64,000 nucleotides of DNA from an uncultured Myxococcales bacterium (GTDB lineage Bacteria > Myxococcota_A > Polyangia > Fen-1088): the NCBI GenBank assembly GCA_937889515.1, contig CALAOV010000136.1:1061-65060 (forward strand), written 5' to 3'. Made by a program: the position numbers and the translations under genes. The number at the start of each line of letters is the position of its first letter. The stretch's first letter is position 1. Shown in pieces: positions 18,456-27,851 of the stretch. The notes under the pieces were generated by a model. The model was not told where the DNA came from, did not search any database, and saw only the letters and a program-made list of their open reading frames with translations.

Positions 18456-19049
18456 CTACTGGATGGTTGAGGGGCAGAGGTTCGGGCAGTTGGTGCTTGC
18501 GCAGGACTGCAGCGGGGCCAGCTCGGCGCCGGTGGCAGCCCCTGTGGCGTGCTGGATGTAGGCTTGGCAGCCCGAACTGTTCTCGCAAGCGTTGAACTGC
18601 TCGCAGCAGTACGTCGCCAGACAAGTGTTGCAGTCGGCGCTCGCCAAGGTGAAGGCGTCCGGGATCAACGTGCATGCTCCGCCGGCGCCCCCTGCGCCAG
18701 CTGCTCCGCTTGCGCCGGCGGTCGACTGACCACCTGTTCCACCGACGCCCCCGGCTCCGCCCGCTGCTTGGCCGCCAGAACCCGCTGCCGCACCGCCCGC
18801 GCCCGTCGCCTTTCCGGCCTCGCCCCCGGCGCCCGCTTGACCGGACACGCCACCGGCTCCGCCCGCGCCGGCCGGCTGAACGCAGAGGTTGGAGAGACAC
18901 TCCAATCCGGTGTCGCAGGTCCCGTTGCTGAAGCAGGGACCGCCGACGCTGCCGGCCGCCTTCGAGCTACTTCCGCAGCCCGCGAGCACCGCCGCGGTCA
19001 ACGTCACGCCAAACAGTGCTCCCAGTACACAACGCAAAGATAGCCTCAT
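18456..19049 (-). CDS. Lipoprotein with Gly/Ala-rich linker and Cys-rich C-terminal domain
   Basis: The lipobox is LAGCGS. A low-complexity AGGAGG tract is followed by a domain with 12 Cys. Confidence 0.5.
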   Translation of the reverse strand: MRLSLRCVLGALFGVTLTAAVLAGCGSSSKAAGSVGGPCFSNGTCDTGLECLSNLCVQPAGAGGAGGVSGQAGAGGEAGKATGAGGAAAGSGGQAAGGAGGVGGTGGQSTAGASGAAGAGGAGGACTLIPDAFTLASADCNTCLATYCCEQFNACENSSGCQAYIQHATGAATGAELAPLQSCASTNCPNLCPSTIQ

Positions 19050-19174
19050 TGCTCTCGACGCCTAACACGACGACGCGAAGGAGACAAGTTGCTGTCGCGG
19101 CACAGCAACCCAGCCCGCCAGGCCTCCCCGATTGGCCGCGGCAACCGCGGCGCTTCGGTGATATCAACGGCCGA

Positions 19175-19875
19175 ATGAAGCCGCACGTCATCTGCCACAT
19201 GATGGTCTCACTCGACGGTCGCATTCACCCGAGCCGCTGGACGGCCAGCCCGGACGGCAACCGCCAGGACTGGGGGAAGGTCTACGAAGACGTGCACGGC
19301 GCGCTGGCGGGTGACGCCTGGCTGGTCGGGCGCGTGACGATGGCGGAGATGAGCAAGGGGACGCCGCACCCACCGTCGCGTCCCGAGAAGGTCGCGCGGC
19401 CGCACCACTTCGCGAAGCGCGACGCCGTGACGTACGCGATCGCCTTCGACCGCTCGGGCAAGCTGCACTTCGCCAAGGCCGACATCGGCGGCGACCACGT
19501 CGTCGTGCTGCTCGGCCCGGGCGTGCCGGACGCCCACCTCGCGGAGCTGGCGGGCGACGGCGTGTCGTACGTCGTCGCGGCGGACGAGGAAATGGCGGCG
19601 CGGCCGCTGTTCGAGGTGCTCGGACGCGAGCTGGGCATCAAGCGGCGCTCGTCGAAGGCGGCGGCAACGTGAATGGGTCGCTGATGGCGGCGGGCGTGGT
19701 CGACGAGGTGAGTTTGCTAGTCGCGCCTGCCATCGACGGGGCGCTCGGGGTCACGGGGGTGTTCGAGGTGCCGGCGGCGGCGGGGCTCGCGGGCAAAGTG
19801 CGGCTAAGGTTCGTGGGGAGCGAGGCGCTCGCGCACGGGGTGGTGCGGCTGCGGTATGGGGTGGAACCGGGCTGA
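19175..19875 (+). pseudogene. RibD C-terminal domain / dihydrofolate-reductase-family reductase, disrupted by a +1 frameshift near 19640-19650
   Basis: The N-terminus MKPHVICHMMVSLDGRI and the segment GDAWLVGRVTMAEM match this family. The reading ends at ...ELGIKRRSSKAAAT*. The conserved LVEGGGNVNGSLMAAGVVDEVSLLVAP... continues in the +1 frame to 19875. Confidence 0.55.
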
Positions 19876-20022
19876 GGGCGACGGATGTCCCTGCGATCTA
19901 TAGTCCTCCGCGCGTGCGACCTCTCGCGACGTTCCGATCGAGGCTATGCCGTGGCCTATTCGAGAGCGTATCGCCGTCGACCTATGTGGGCCAATGGCCC
20001 CGGCGAGTGAGCGCAGAGTTTC

Positions 20023-22950
20023 TCAGTTAGCGGCGATTTCCTGAACCTGGCCCTTGCTTATTGCGTCGCGCACGACCTCACGCTCTTCGATAGGCAATTC
20101 CAATAGGGCCCGCTCATCGCCACTATCCCGGTAATTCAGTCCTACTCGCAGCATTTTAAGAGCGACCGCGCAATCCTCCGCCTCAGCAAGGCGTCTCTCT
20201 AAAGCAACACTAGCCTCTTTCCATTCGTGCCCGTTAGAAACGCGTATTGCCAGCGCGAGTATGACGAACCCTACGACTACGTTCGCGAACGCGTCCTCGG
20301 GCCCCCGGCTACCAAGTGCAGTCCTAACCTTCTCAACTGCTCGCACGGCCGCGTTTGGGCCTTTTCGCCGGAGCTCGACCTCGAGAAGGCCTATGATAGT
20401 CAAGGCTAGTAGCTGTGGTCCGGCATCCGAAAACACCTGGAATTCGCTCACGAACTGATTCAGCGCACCGTCGAATCCGTCGACAGCCGCTAGAGCGCGT
20501 AGATACTGCATTTTGACGATTGGGGATCCCGGCTCAAGGGTAATCGTCGTTCGCATGGCATCGAGTGCCGCCACAAAGTTTCCCCGCTGTTCTTCGATTT
20601 CGGCCATCCACTGCCACGCTCTAGCTCTCTCGGACGCTGACGGCCAGTCAGCATGGATCATGCGCCGGATCTCCCGTTCGCCCTCGGCGACCTTGCCGAT
20701 GTGAGTAAGCGCATGGATCTTCGTCAGCGTCGCAGATCCACTCCTGGGATCTATCGCCAAAGCCCTGTCAGCTGCTTGCGAAGCCTCAGCATACTCATGT
20801 TTAGCTTCGTACGCATTTGCCAGCTCTACCCATCCGTTAACCCAGTTTGGCTCGTCTTCAACCAGTCTTTGCATCTCGCTAACTGCCTCATCGACCCGAT
20901 CCAAGGCACGGAGAAGCTCACCCCGCGTTACCTTGTGCTCTCTCTCTCCTGGTTCGAGCTGCTCAAGACGAAGCAACGTCTCCAACGCCTCCGTCTCTCG
21001 GGAAAGCTCTCTCAGTAGGAATACTTTTCGATCCAGAACATACACGTCGTCCGGCTCGACCGAGAGTGCTCTATCGAGGTAGGTCAAAGCGTCCTCAGGA
21101 GTCCTTCCCAGTAACTCCGACATTGCGATATAGGGAAATATCGACTGGGGAAGGCGTTCAATGCCGCTCTGAGCTGCCGCGATGGCCTCATCGTGGCGCC
21201 CGCTCTTCTCAAGCGCCAGCGCCATAACGTAGTATGAATGAGCGTGCGTTGGATTAACATCCAACAATTTCCTTTCGCTCTCGATCGCCTCTTGGCACCG
21301 GTTAAGCGCCAAGAGAATCGTACCATGCAGGCAACTCGCACCCTTTGAAGTCGGATCTAGCTCCAGTGCTCGCGTAAGTTCGGTGAGAGCTTCGGGTGAC
21401 CTCTTCAAATCGTTGAGTGCATCTGCCTTCCGAAAGAAAAGGTAAGAATCGTTCGGATGTCGGATAAGTCCCCGTTTGGCCACTTCCAATGACGATGAAC
21501 TATTGCCGCGTCTCGATTCGATCAATGCCAGAGTGCCGAAGTCCTTGGCACTGCCGCGCTCACTTACGACTTGCTCCATCGCGCTGGCTGCCGCTACGAA
21601 ATCGCCCCTGTCGTAGCAGCGCTCCGCTTCATCGAAAAGAGCGGCCAGCAACGGCTCGGTACTGTCTCGTTCGCCTCGGTCGATAGCTTCCTCGAGATGA
21701 CAACGGTCTAGGAGATGACGATCGGTGGGCTCGTGTGAAATCGCCTCAAACCGGGTCTTAAGTTCCCTTAGCAAGAACCAACGCCGCAAGAAGTCCACAA
21801 ACAGCTCGAGATGTCTTGTGCGTTTGTCCTTTACCTCGAAGCACAGACGCATAAGTGGTTCTGCCAGTTCGCAGTATGTGTCACGACCCACCGACGTCCG
21901 TCGTACGAAGCCAAGTCGGGACAGCTCGCCTAGTTGCTTCGCCGCTGTCTGAGGAGAGATGAGGCATCGGTTGGCGACATCTTTAACCATGGTCGGAATG
22001 TGCTGCTGAGCGAGGAATTCAATGAGCTTTCGCTGTTGCGGCGCCAGTAGACGGATCCGATCCTGATAATAGGGCGTTAGGTCGTCGATCATCTTCATAA
22101 ACGGGGGGAAGAGATCGTCGAGCGACTCCCGGGTCAGGAAGTCCGACATCACGATATAGACTCGATGGAAGCCTCCGGCCAAATGGTGAATCGCCCTAGC
22201 ACGGGCTCGGCCCAGAGGTGAGTCCAGCGCGATAGCTAGATCCCGTCGGCCATCTAAAAGTGCCTTCTGCTTCAGCAGACTCAGAGCGCCTTCGAAGTCG
22301 AGCAATTCCAAACGCCGGATCGTGAAGAATCCGAAGAATGGCGATGATTGAAGTTTCATCCCGGCGAATAGTGCGGGACTTGTGGCTAAGATAGTCCAGA
22401 AGGGCTTTGACTGCATAAAGGCGCGCCAACGGTGCTGGCCCTCGGTTCCTAGTCCATCGAAGATATCGACGAGGTTTTCACAAATCAGAAGGAGAGTATC
22501 GTGTCCGACATACTCTGAGAGGAGAGACTCGGCGGTTTCGCGAGCGACCGTTGGAGAATGGGCGTGGAGGTCGTATAAACGATCTATTCTCTGCGTGAGG
22601 CCTGGTGTGGAGGACGCTAGGGCTTTGAGAATGCGGATGAGAAAGTCTAAATACGACGCGACTCCCCATTCCTCTTCATTGAGAAACGCGATTTTCAATT
22701 GCGAGCGCGCGGATGCCCAGCGGGCATCGTGAGTGAGTCGGTGGTGGAGGAGCTCAAGAAAATGCGTCTTACCGACCCCGCGCTGGCCGATAAGCAGGAA
22801 GAAGTGCTTCGCCCGTGTGGTCGCGGATTCGGCCAGCCTGCCGAGGATATTGTCGAGCAGTTCTGTTCGGCCGACGAAGAGACTATCGAGAGCCTCTGGA
22901 GTCATGTTCCCAGGGCTATAGCGAGAACTAGTGACGATCGCGCGACTCAT
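20023..22950 (-). CDS. Large P-loop NTPase (STAND/Arch_ATPase-like) with winged-helix and C-terminal TPR array
   Basis: FVGRTELLDNILGRL precedes the Walker A motif IGQRGVGKTHFL. The Walker-B-like motif is LLLICENL. A wHTH-like segment is MVKDVANRCLISPQTAAKQLGELSRLGFV. Multiple TPR-like helical repeats span residues ~450-900. The gene is about 57% GC against ~70% for the window. Confidence 0.7.
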   Translation of the reverse strand: MSRAIVTSSRYSPGNMTPEALDSLFVGRTELLDNILGRLAESATTRAKHFFLLIGQRGVGKTHFLELLHHRLTHDARWASARSQLKIAFLNEEEWGVASYLDFLIRILKALASSTPGLTQRIDRLYDLHAHSPTVARETAESLLSEYVGHDTLLLICENLVDIFDGLGTEGQHRWRAFMQSKPFWTILATSPALFAGMKLQSSPFFGFFTIRRLELLDFEGALSLLKQKALLDGRRDLAIALDSPLGRARARAIHHLAGGFHRVYIVMSDFLTRESLDDLFPPFMKMIDDLTPYYQDRIRLLAPQQRKLIEFLAQQHIPTMVKDVANRCLISPQTAAKQLGELSRLGFVRRTSVGRDTYCELAEPLMRLCFEVKDKRTRHLELFVDFLRRWFLLRELKTRFEAISHEPTDRHLLDRCHLEEAIDRGERDSTEPLLAALFDEAERCYDRGDFVAAASAMEQVVSERGSAKDFGTLALIESRRGNSSSSLEVAKRGLIRHPNDSYLFFRKADALNDLKRSPEALTELTRALELDPTSKGASCLHGTILLALNRCQEAIESERKLLDVNPTHAHSYYVMALALEKSGRHDEAIAAAQSGIERLPQSIFPYIAMSELLGRTPEDALTYLDRALSVEPDDVYVLDRKVFLLRELSRETEALETLLRLEQLEPGEREHKVTRGELLRALDRVDEAVSEMQRLVEDEPNWVNGWVELANAYEAKHEYAEASQAADRALAIDPRSGSATLTKIHALTHIGKVAEGEREIRRMIHADWPSASERARAWQWMAEIEEQRGNFVAALDAMRTTITLEPGSPIVKMQYLRALAAVDGFDGALNQFVSEFQVFSDAGPQLLALTIIGLLEVELRRKGPNAAVRAVEKVRTALGSRGPEDAFANVVVGFVILALAIRVSNGHEWKEASVALERRLAEAEDCAVALKMLRVGLNYRDSGDERALLELPIEEREVVRDAISKGQVQEIAAN

Positions 22951-24107
22951 GTCCGGTTCTCACGCCACCAGCGCTTCAGGAGCGGCCAGCGAAAGCCGTA
23001 TAGGCCGCCAGAGAGAGAGAGGTAATGGTCGCGCCGAAGATCGACGCATGTCGCTTTGACGTCCTCGTCAGTCCACTGGTCATTGCTGTGGCGTACGAGG
23101 TTTGTAAGTGTCTCGAGAGTGATGCCCCCGTCCGCACGGGCTATGGCATCTAGTACTGCCAGAGCCCGGGCTACCTCGGGAGCGTCATAGTGAGTCGAGA
23201 TGCGTTCAACGTAGTAGCCAAAGTTGGCGACGTCGTCATCGTCGGAGAGAAGCTTCGTAACCACGGCCTCGACGTCGGCGGCCATGGGTGCTCGTCCGAG
23301 GAGGCTAAGCTGGTCCACAAAGTGATGTACGTGGTACGGGTATCCTCCTGTAGCGTCGACGATCAACGCCGCCACGGCGGGTATATCAGGGGGTGGAGAA
23401 GGGAGGTGTCCAAGTGCCCTGGTGGCGACCTCTTCCGCTTCGGTTCGAATCATGGGCGGGACGGTTTCGAGCTGCATGTCGTTAATAGGTGCGTTTGAGT
23501 TGCCGGACTTTCTAAGGCCGCGCAGCACGAGATGGAGGCCAATGGACCCGTTGAGCAGAAACCGCAGTCGCGCGCCGTGCATCTGCCGGAGGTGTCTCAG
23601 GAGGTCCAGAAGCTCGATCGCTGTGTTAGGACCCTCTCGTTGGACGATGTTGTAAAGCATCAACGGAAATTCGTCCCAGATGAAGATCACCTTGTGATCG
23701 GGTTCCACTGCATCAAGGACATCCTCGATCGCCCCTGAGAGTAGGGCTTTCCATTTCGAAAAGGCTTGCGGGAGTTCGAGATTGCCGAGCTTTGTTGGCA
23801 GAAAGCCGTCCCAGACTTCGATGGCGCGTGCTTTGGCCCGCGCGGCCCGGGGTAGGTGGTCCCGAACCGTGCGATAGACGGATCGGACGAGCTCGAGGAC
23901 GCCATGAATGGCCTCGAGTTCTTGGAAGAAGGTGACCGCTCCGGTACGACCCTCCTCGTGCATTTTTAGGACGATGTGGGTTTTCCCGATTCGGCGCTCA
24001 GCTCCCAGAACGAGGCTCTGGCGCTCAAGGATCGTCCAGTAGCGGGCTACCTCGGCCGTGCGGCCGACAATTTCGTCGATGCTGAGATGGCCACCCGGAT
24101 TAATCAT
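22947..24107 (-). CDS. AAA+/Arch_ATPase-like P-loop NTPase, paralogous in its ATPase core to 20023-22950
   Basis: IVGRTAEVARYW precedes the Walker A motif LGAERRIGKTHI. The Walker B motif is VIFIWDEFP. It overlaps the downstream NTPase-TPR gene by 4 bp, and its GC is low. Confidence 0.7.
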   Translation of the reverse strand: MINPGGHLSIDEIVGRTAEVARYWTILERQSLVLGAERRIGKTHIVLKMHEEGRTGAVTFFQELEAIHGVLELVRSVYRTVRDHLPRAARAKARAIEVWDGFLPTKLGNLELPQAFSKWKALLSGAIEDVLDAVEPDHKVIFIWDEFPLMLYNIVQREGPNTAIELLDLLRHLRQMHGARLRFLLNGSIGLHLVLRGLRKSGNSNAPINDMQLETVPPMIRTEAEEVATRALGHLPSPPPDIPAVAALIVDATGGYPYHVHHFVDQLSLLGRAPMAADVEAVVTKLLSDDDDVANFGYYVERISTHYDAPEVARALAVLDAIARADGGITLETLTNLVRHSNDQWTDEDVKATCVDLRRDHYLSLSGGLYGFRWPLLKRWWRENRT

Positions 24108-24235
24108 GGTCGTAAAAATACGTTAAAAACGACGTACGTCAAGTACGTCGTACGTTGAAAATAACGTATATTGGCCGCCGGTTAGTAAGTTATTGAAATA
24201 CTGTATGTATTTGTTGGATACCGGGCGCCGGCTTT
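24108..24235 (-). promoter_or_regulatory. AT-rich promoter/operator region upstream of the NTPase operon, with ACGT-core imperfect palindromes
   Basis: The sequence TACGTTAAAAACGACGTACGT caagt ACGTCGTACGTTGAAAATAACGTA is the AT-richest stretch in the window. Confidence 0.3.
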
Positions 24236-24238
24236 CGG

Positions 24239-25027
24239 CTACCCCCGCCGCGTCTTCCTTCCGTACCCCAACTCCGCCCCCCCCGACAGCACGTGATCGA
24301 CCCCCGTCGTGAACGTCGCCTCCGCCGCCAAATACAGACACAGCCGCCCCGCCTCCTCGATCGTCCCCATCCGCCCGAGCAACTGCGCCGCCTCGCCCGA
24401 CGCGCGCGTCGCGGCCGGGTCGTCGGACGCGTCGATCGCTTCCTGCCAGAGCGGCGTGTACACATTCCCCGGCGAAACGGCGTTCACGCGGACCTCGTAC
24501 TCGGCCTCGTCGACCGCCAGCGCCTTGGTCAGTGCCGTGATCGCGCCCTTCGTCGCGACGTACGTCGTCGCGTGGAGCTGGCCGATGGCGCCGACGAGGC
24601 TGGACATGTTGATGATGTTGCCCTTCACCTTGCGCAGGTGGGGCAGGGCGAACTTGCAGGCGGCGAAGATGCTCACCAGGTTCAGGTCCAGCAGGTGGCG
24701 GAAGTCCTGCACGGAGAAGTCGTCGATCGGCTTGTGGTCCGGGTGCCAGCCGGCGTTGTTGATGAGGCAGTCGAGCCGCCCGAACTTTCCGACCGTCTCG
24801 TCGATCAGCGTGCGGACGTCGTCGACCTTGCTGACGTCGCACTGGACAAAGTGGGCGCGCCCGGGCCCGTGCGTGTTGAGGTGCGCCGCGACGGCCTGGC
24901 CGTCCTCGGCGTTGCGCGCGCAGAAGACGACGTCGGAGCCGCCCTCCTCGACGAAGGCGCGCACGCACCCGAAGCCGATCCCTTTGCTGCCGCCGGTGAC
25001 GACGACGACCTTGTCTTTGTAACGCAT
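24239..25027 (-). CDS. SDR-family oxidoreductase (candidate L-fucose 1-dehydrogenase)
   Basis: The Rossmann motif TGGSKGIGFG is present. The catalytic residues are S..Y..K (SSLVG...YVATK). It is the last gene of the sugar ABC transporter operon. Confidence 0.75.
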   Translation of the reverse strand: MRYKDKVVVVTGGSKGIGFGCVRAFVEEGGSDVVFCARNAEDGQAVAAHLNTHGPGRAHFVQCDVSKVDDVRTLIDETVGKFGRLDCLINNAGWHPDHKPIDDFSVQDFRHLLDLNLVSIFAACKFALPHLRKVKGNIINMSSLVGAIGQLHATTYVATKGAITALTKALAVDEAEYEVRVNAVSPGNVYTPLWQEAIDASDDPAATRASGEAAQLLGRMGTIEEAGRLCLYLAAEATFTTGVDHVLSGGAELGYGRKTRRG

Positions 25028-25275
25028 GGGTTCAGCCCCTCACCTGGGCAGCCGGAGCGATGGGTGGACACTCTGCAGACCTGTCGTAGAAAGAAAGCAT
25101 GGCAAAATATGCAGGCGTCGCGCTTTACGTGCTTGTGCTGGTAGCGGTCGTCGTCGGCGTGGACGTCGCGTTCTTCCGGAACCGGTTCTGGGAGCGGCTG
25201 ATGGTGAACGTTGGAATCGTCCTGGTGTTCGGGGCGTTCTACTTGAGGTTCCTGAAGCCTCCCGGCTGAGCGCGG

Positions 25276-26310
25276 TCATGCCGACCGCCGGTGGCGGAAG
25301 CGGTCCAACGCGACAGCCGCCACGATGATCGCCCCCGTCACGATCTCCTGCACCCAGTTGGGCCAGCCCATCTGCGAGCAGCCCGATTGAAGCGTTTGCA
25401 TGATGAGCGCGCCAATGAGCGCGCCCGCGATCGAACCCTCGCCGCCCGAGAGACTGCCGCCGCCGATGACGACCGCCGCGATGACGTTCAGCTCCAGGCC
25501 ATTGGCGCCGGTGGGGTCGCCGACCGTGAGGCGGGAGAACTGCATCAGGCCCGCGACGCCCGCGAAGAAACCGCCCAGGACGTAGACCGCCAGCTTGACC
25601 CGGGCGACCGGGATGCCGCAGAGGCGGGCGGCCTGCTCGTTGGAGCCGACCGCGAAGACGTGGCGGCCGAGGCGCGTGTAGAGCAGGAGGCCGCCGACCG
25701 CGAAGGCGAGGAGGAAGAGGAGCCAGACCCCCGCAGGAAAAAGCAGCCAGGCGCGGCCCGCGGGAAGACGCGCGAGGAGCTCGTTGAGCCAGGACGTGGG
25801 GGCGTCGATCTTCTGGTCGTGGGCGAGCCCCTTGGCGACACCACGGATCACCAGCATCGTGCCGAGCGTGACGATGAAGGGGACCAGGCGGAGGCGCGTG
25901 ACGAGGAGGCCGTTGAGCGCGCCGCAGGCGAGACCGGCGGCGAGGCCGCCGAGCGCGGCGAGGGTGGGGGGCGCGCCGGCGCGTAGAAGTCCGGCGATGA
26001 CCACCGTGGCGAGCGCGATGACCGCGCCGACCGAGAGGTCGATGCCGCCCGAGACGATCACGATGGTGGCGCCGAGGGCGGCCAGCGCGACGATCGTCGT
26101 TTGGCGGAGGATCGTCTCTAGATTCGCGGGGTCGGCGAAGCTGAGGCCGCGGGTGGCGGCGAGCAGCGCCGTGAAGAGGATGAAGACCGCCAGCAGGCCG
26201 GCCGCGGCGCCCAGGTTCTTGCGCAGGACCGGCGAGGCCATGAGACGCCGGGCCAGGCCGACGCGCGGCACGGGCGCCCCTCGGTTGTCGACGGTCGATT
26301 CGGCGGTCAT
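25276..26310 (-). CDS. Sugar ABC transporter permease (CUT2, RbsC-like)
   Basis: It has about 10 predicted TM segments. The ATG at 26310 overlaps the ATPase stop (ATGA). The 26412 start in the ORF track is an extension. Confidence 0.8.
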   Translation of the reverse strand: MTAESTVDNRGAPVPRVGLARRLMASPVLRKNLGAAAGLLAVFILFTALLAATRGLSFADPANLETILRQTTIVALAALGATIVIVSGGIDLSVGAVIALATVVIAGLLRAGAPPTLAALGGLAAGLACGALNGLLVTRLRLVPFIVTLGTMLVIRGVAKGLAHDQKIDAPTSWLNELLARLPAGRAWLLFPAGVWLLFLLAFAVGGLLLYTRLGRHVFAVGSNEQAARLCGIPVARVKLAVYVLGGFFAGVAGLMQFSRLTVGDPTGANGLELNVIAAVVIGGGSLSGGEGSIAGALIGALIMQTLQSGCSQMGWPNWVQEIVTGAIIVAAVALDRFRHRRSA

Positions 26311-27851
26311 GCGGCCTCGCTGTCGGTGTCGCTGCCCAGCGCCGCTTCGTGAACGAGCGAGGCTTCCGTCCACTCGGACGCCGGGCGCGCGGGGCCGAGG
26401 CGGCCGCGGCACATGACCGCGATCCGGTCGCAGACGCCGAGCAGCTCGGGGAGGTAGGAGGAGACCATGAGGACCGCCTTGGGCGGATCCTCGCGGGTCA
26501 CCAGGCCGTCGATGAGGTCGTAGATCTGCGCCTTCGACGCGACGTCGATGCCGCGGGTCGGCTCGTCGAGCAGCAGCACGTCGACGCCGTGGTGCAGGAG
26601 ACGGGCGATGGCGATCTTCTGTTGGTTGCCGCCGGAGAGCTCGCCGATCGGCTGGTCGGGGCCCTGGCAGCGCACGTCGAGCTGCGCGATCCAGCGCGCG
26701 GTCAGCGGGCGGAGCGCCGAGGGGCGGACGAGAGTGGGGACCTTCGACAATGTCAGGTTGTCGGTGACGCTAAGGCCGAGCGCGAGGCCCTCCTCCTTGC
26801 GGTTCTCGCTGACGAGCGCCATGCCTTGTGCCCAGCGGACGCCTGGTGTGGCGCTTCCGGAGTACGCGCCCAGCCTCACGCGGCCCGAGACAACCGGGTC
26901 GAGGCCCGCCAGCGCGCGCAGAAGCTCGGTGCGCCCGGCGCCGACCAGACCGGCGATCCCCAGCACCTCGCCGCGGTGGAGCGTGAAGCTGGCGCGCTCG
27001 GGCTTGCGGGCGCCGCGGAGGTCGGTCACTTCCAGCAGTGGCTCGCGCTTCCTGTCCACGTTGCGCGCCCCGCGCGGGTAGAGCTGCTCCACACGGCGGC
27101 CCACCATCAGGTCGACGATGACCGGGACCGTCGCCGTCGCCATCTCGCCGCCGCCGCGGGCGCCGCCAGCCCCGACCGTATGGCCGTCGCGCAGCACCGT
27201 GAACCGATCGGCCAGGCGCTGGGCCTCCTCGATGAAGTGCGTGATGTAGATGATGGCGTGCCCCTGCGCGCGCAGGCGGGCGATGAGGGCGAAGAGCGCC
27301 TCGGCGTCGGCTTGCGCCAGGCTGCTGGTCGGCTCATCGAGCACCAGGACGCGACAGCCGATCGCCACCGCGCGCGCGATCTCGACGATCTGCTGCGCGG
27401 CGATCGGGAGCGCGCCCGCGACGGCGCCGGGGCGGATGGCCGGGTGCTGCAGCTCCGCCAGCGCGCGCGCCGCGCGGTCGCGCATCGCGGCGCGATCGAG
27501 CAGGCCCCGACGCACTGGCTCGGCACCGAGCAGGATGTTGTCGGCCACGGTGAGGTGCGGCGCCAGCGACAGCTCCTGATAGATCATGGCGACGCCCGCG
27601 CGCCGCGCGTCCAGCGGCTCGGCCGGCGCGTAGGGGGCGCCGTCGATCCGCATCTCCCCCGCGTCCGGTTGGATGGCGCCCGACAGCACCTTCATGAGCG
27701 TGCTCTTGCCGGCGCCGTTCTGCCCCAGCAGCGCGTGCACCTCGCCCGACGCAACCACCAGATCGACGCCGCCCAGCGCCTGCGTCGCGCCGAAGCGCTT
27801 GCGCACGCCGCGCATTTCGAGCCGTGGTGCTGCGTCTACTCCTTCAGCCAT
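26307..27851 (-). CDS. Sugar ABC transporter ATP-binding protein (two fused NBDs, CUT2)
   Basis: Walker A GQNGAGKST, the signature LSGGNQQK and two NBD halves are present. Confidence 0.85.
   Translation of the reverse strand: MAEGVDAAPRLEMRGVRKRFGATQALGGVDLVVASGEVHALLGQNGAGKSTLMKVLSGAIQPDAGEMRIDGAPYAPAEPLDARRAGVAMIYQELSLAPHLTVADNILLGAEPVRRGLLDRAAMRDRAARALAELQHPAIRPGAVAGALPIAAQQIVEIARAVAIGCRVLVLDEPTSSLAQADAEALFALIARLRAQGHAIIYITHFIEEAQRLADRFTVLRDGHTVGAGGARGGGEMATATVPVIVDLMVGRRVEQLYPRGARNVDRKREPLLEVTDLRGARKPERASFTLHRGEVLGIAGLVGAGRTELLRALAGLDPVVSGRVRLGAYSGSATPGVRWAQGMALVSENRKEEGLALGLSVTDNLTLSKVPTLVRPSALRPLTARWIAQLDVRCQGPDQPIGELSGGNQQKIAIARLLHHGVDVLLLDEPTRGIDVASKAQIYDLIDGLVTREDPPKAVLMVSSYLPELLGVCDRIAVMCRGRLGPARPASEWTEASLVHEAALGSDTDSEAA

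Noticed and set aside
19876-24240. Searched island edges for tRNA/tmRNA genes, integrase/transposase ORFs or direct-repeat att sites
   Set aside because: None was recognisable by eye. There is no T-loop-like GTTCGAATC consensus and no recombinase motifs. The island is therefore reported on composition and gene content alone.
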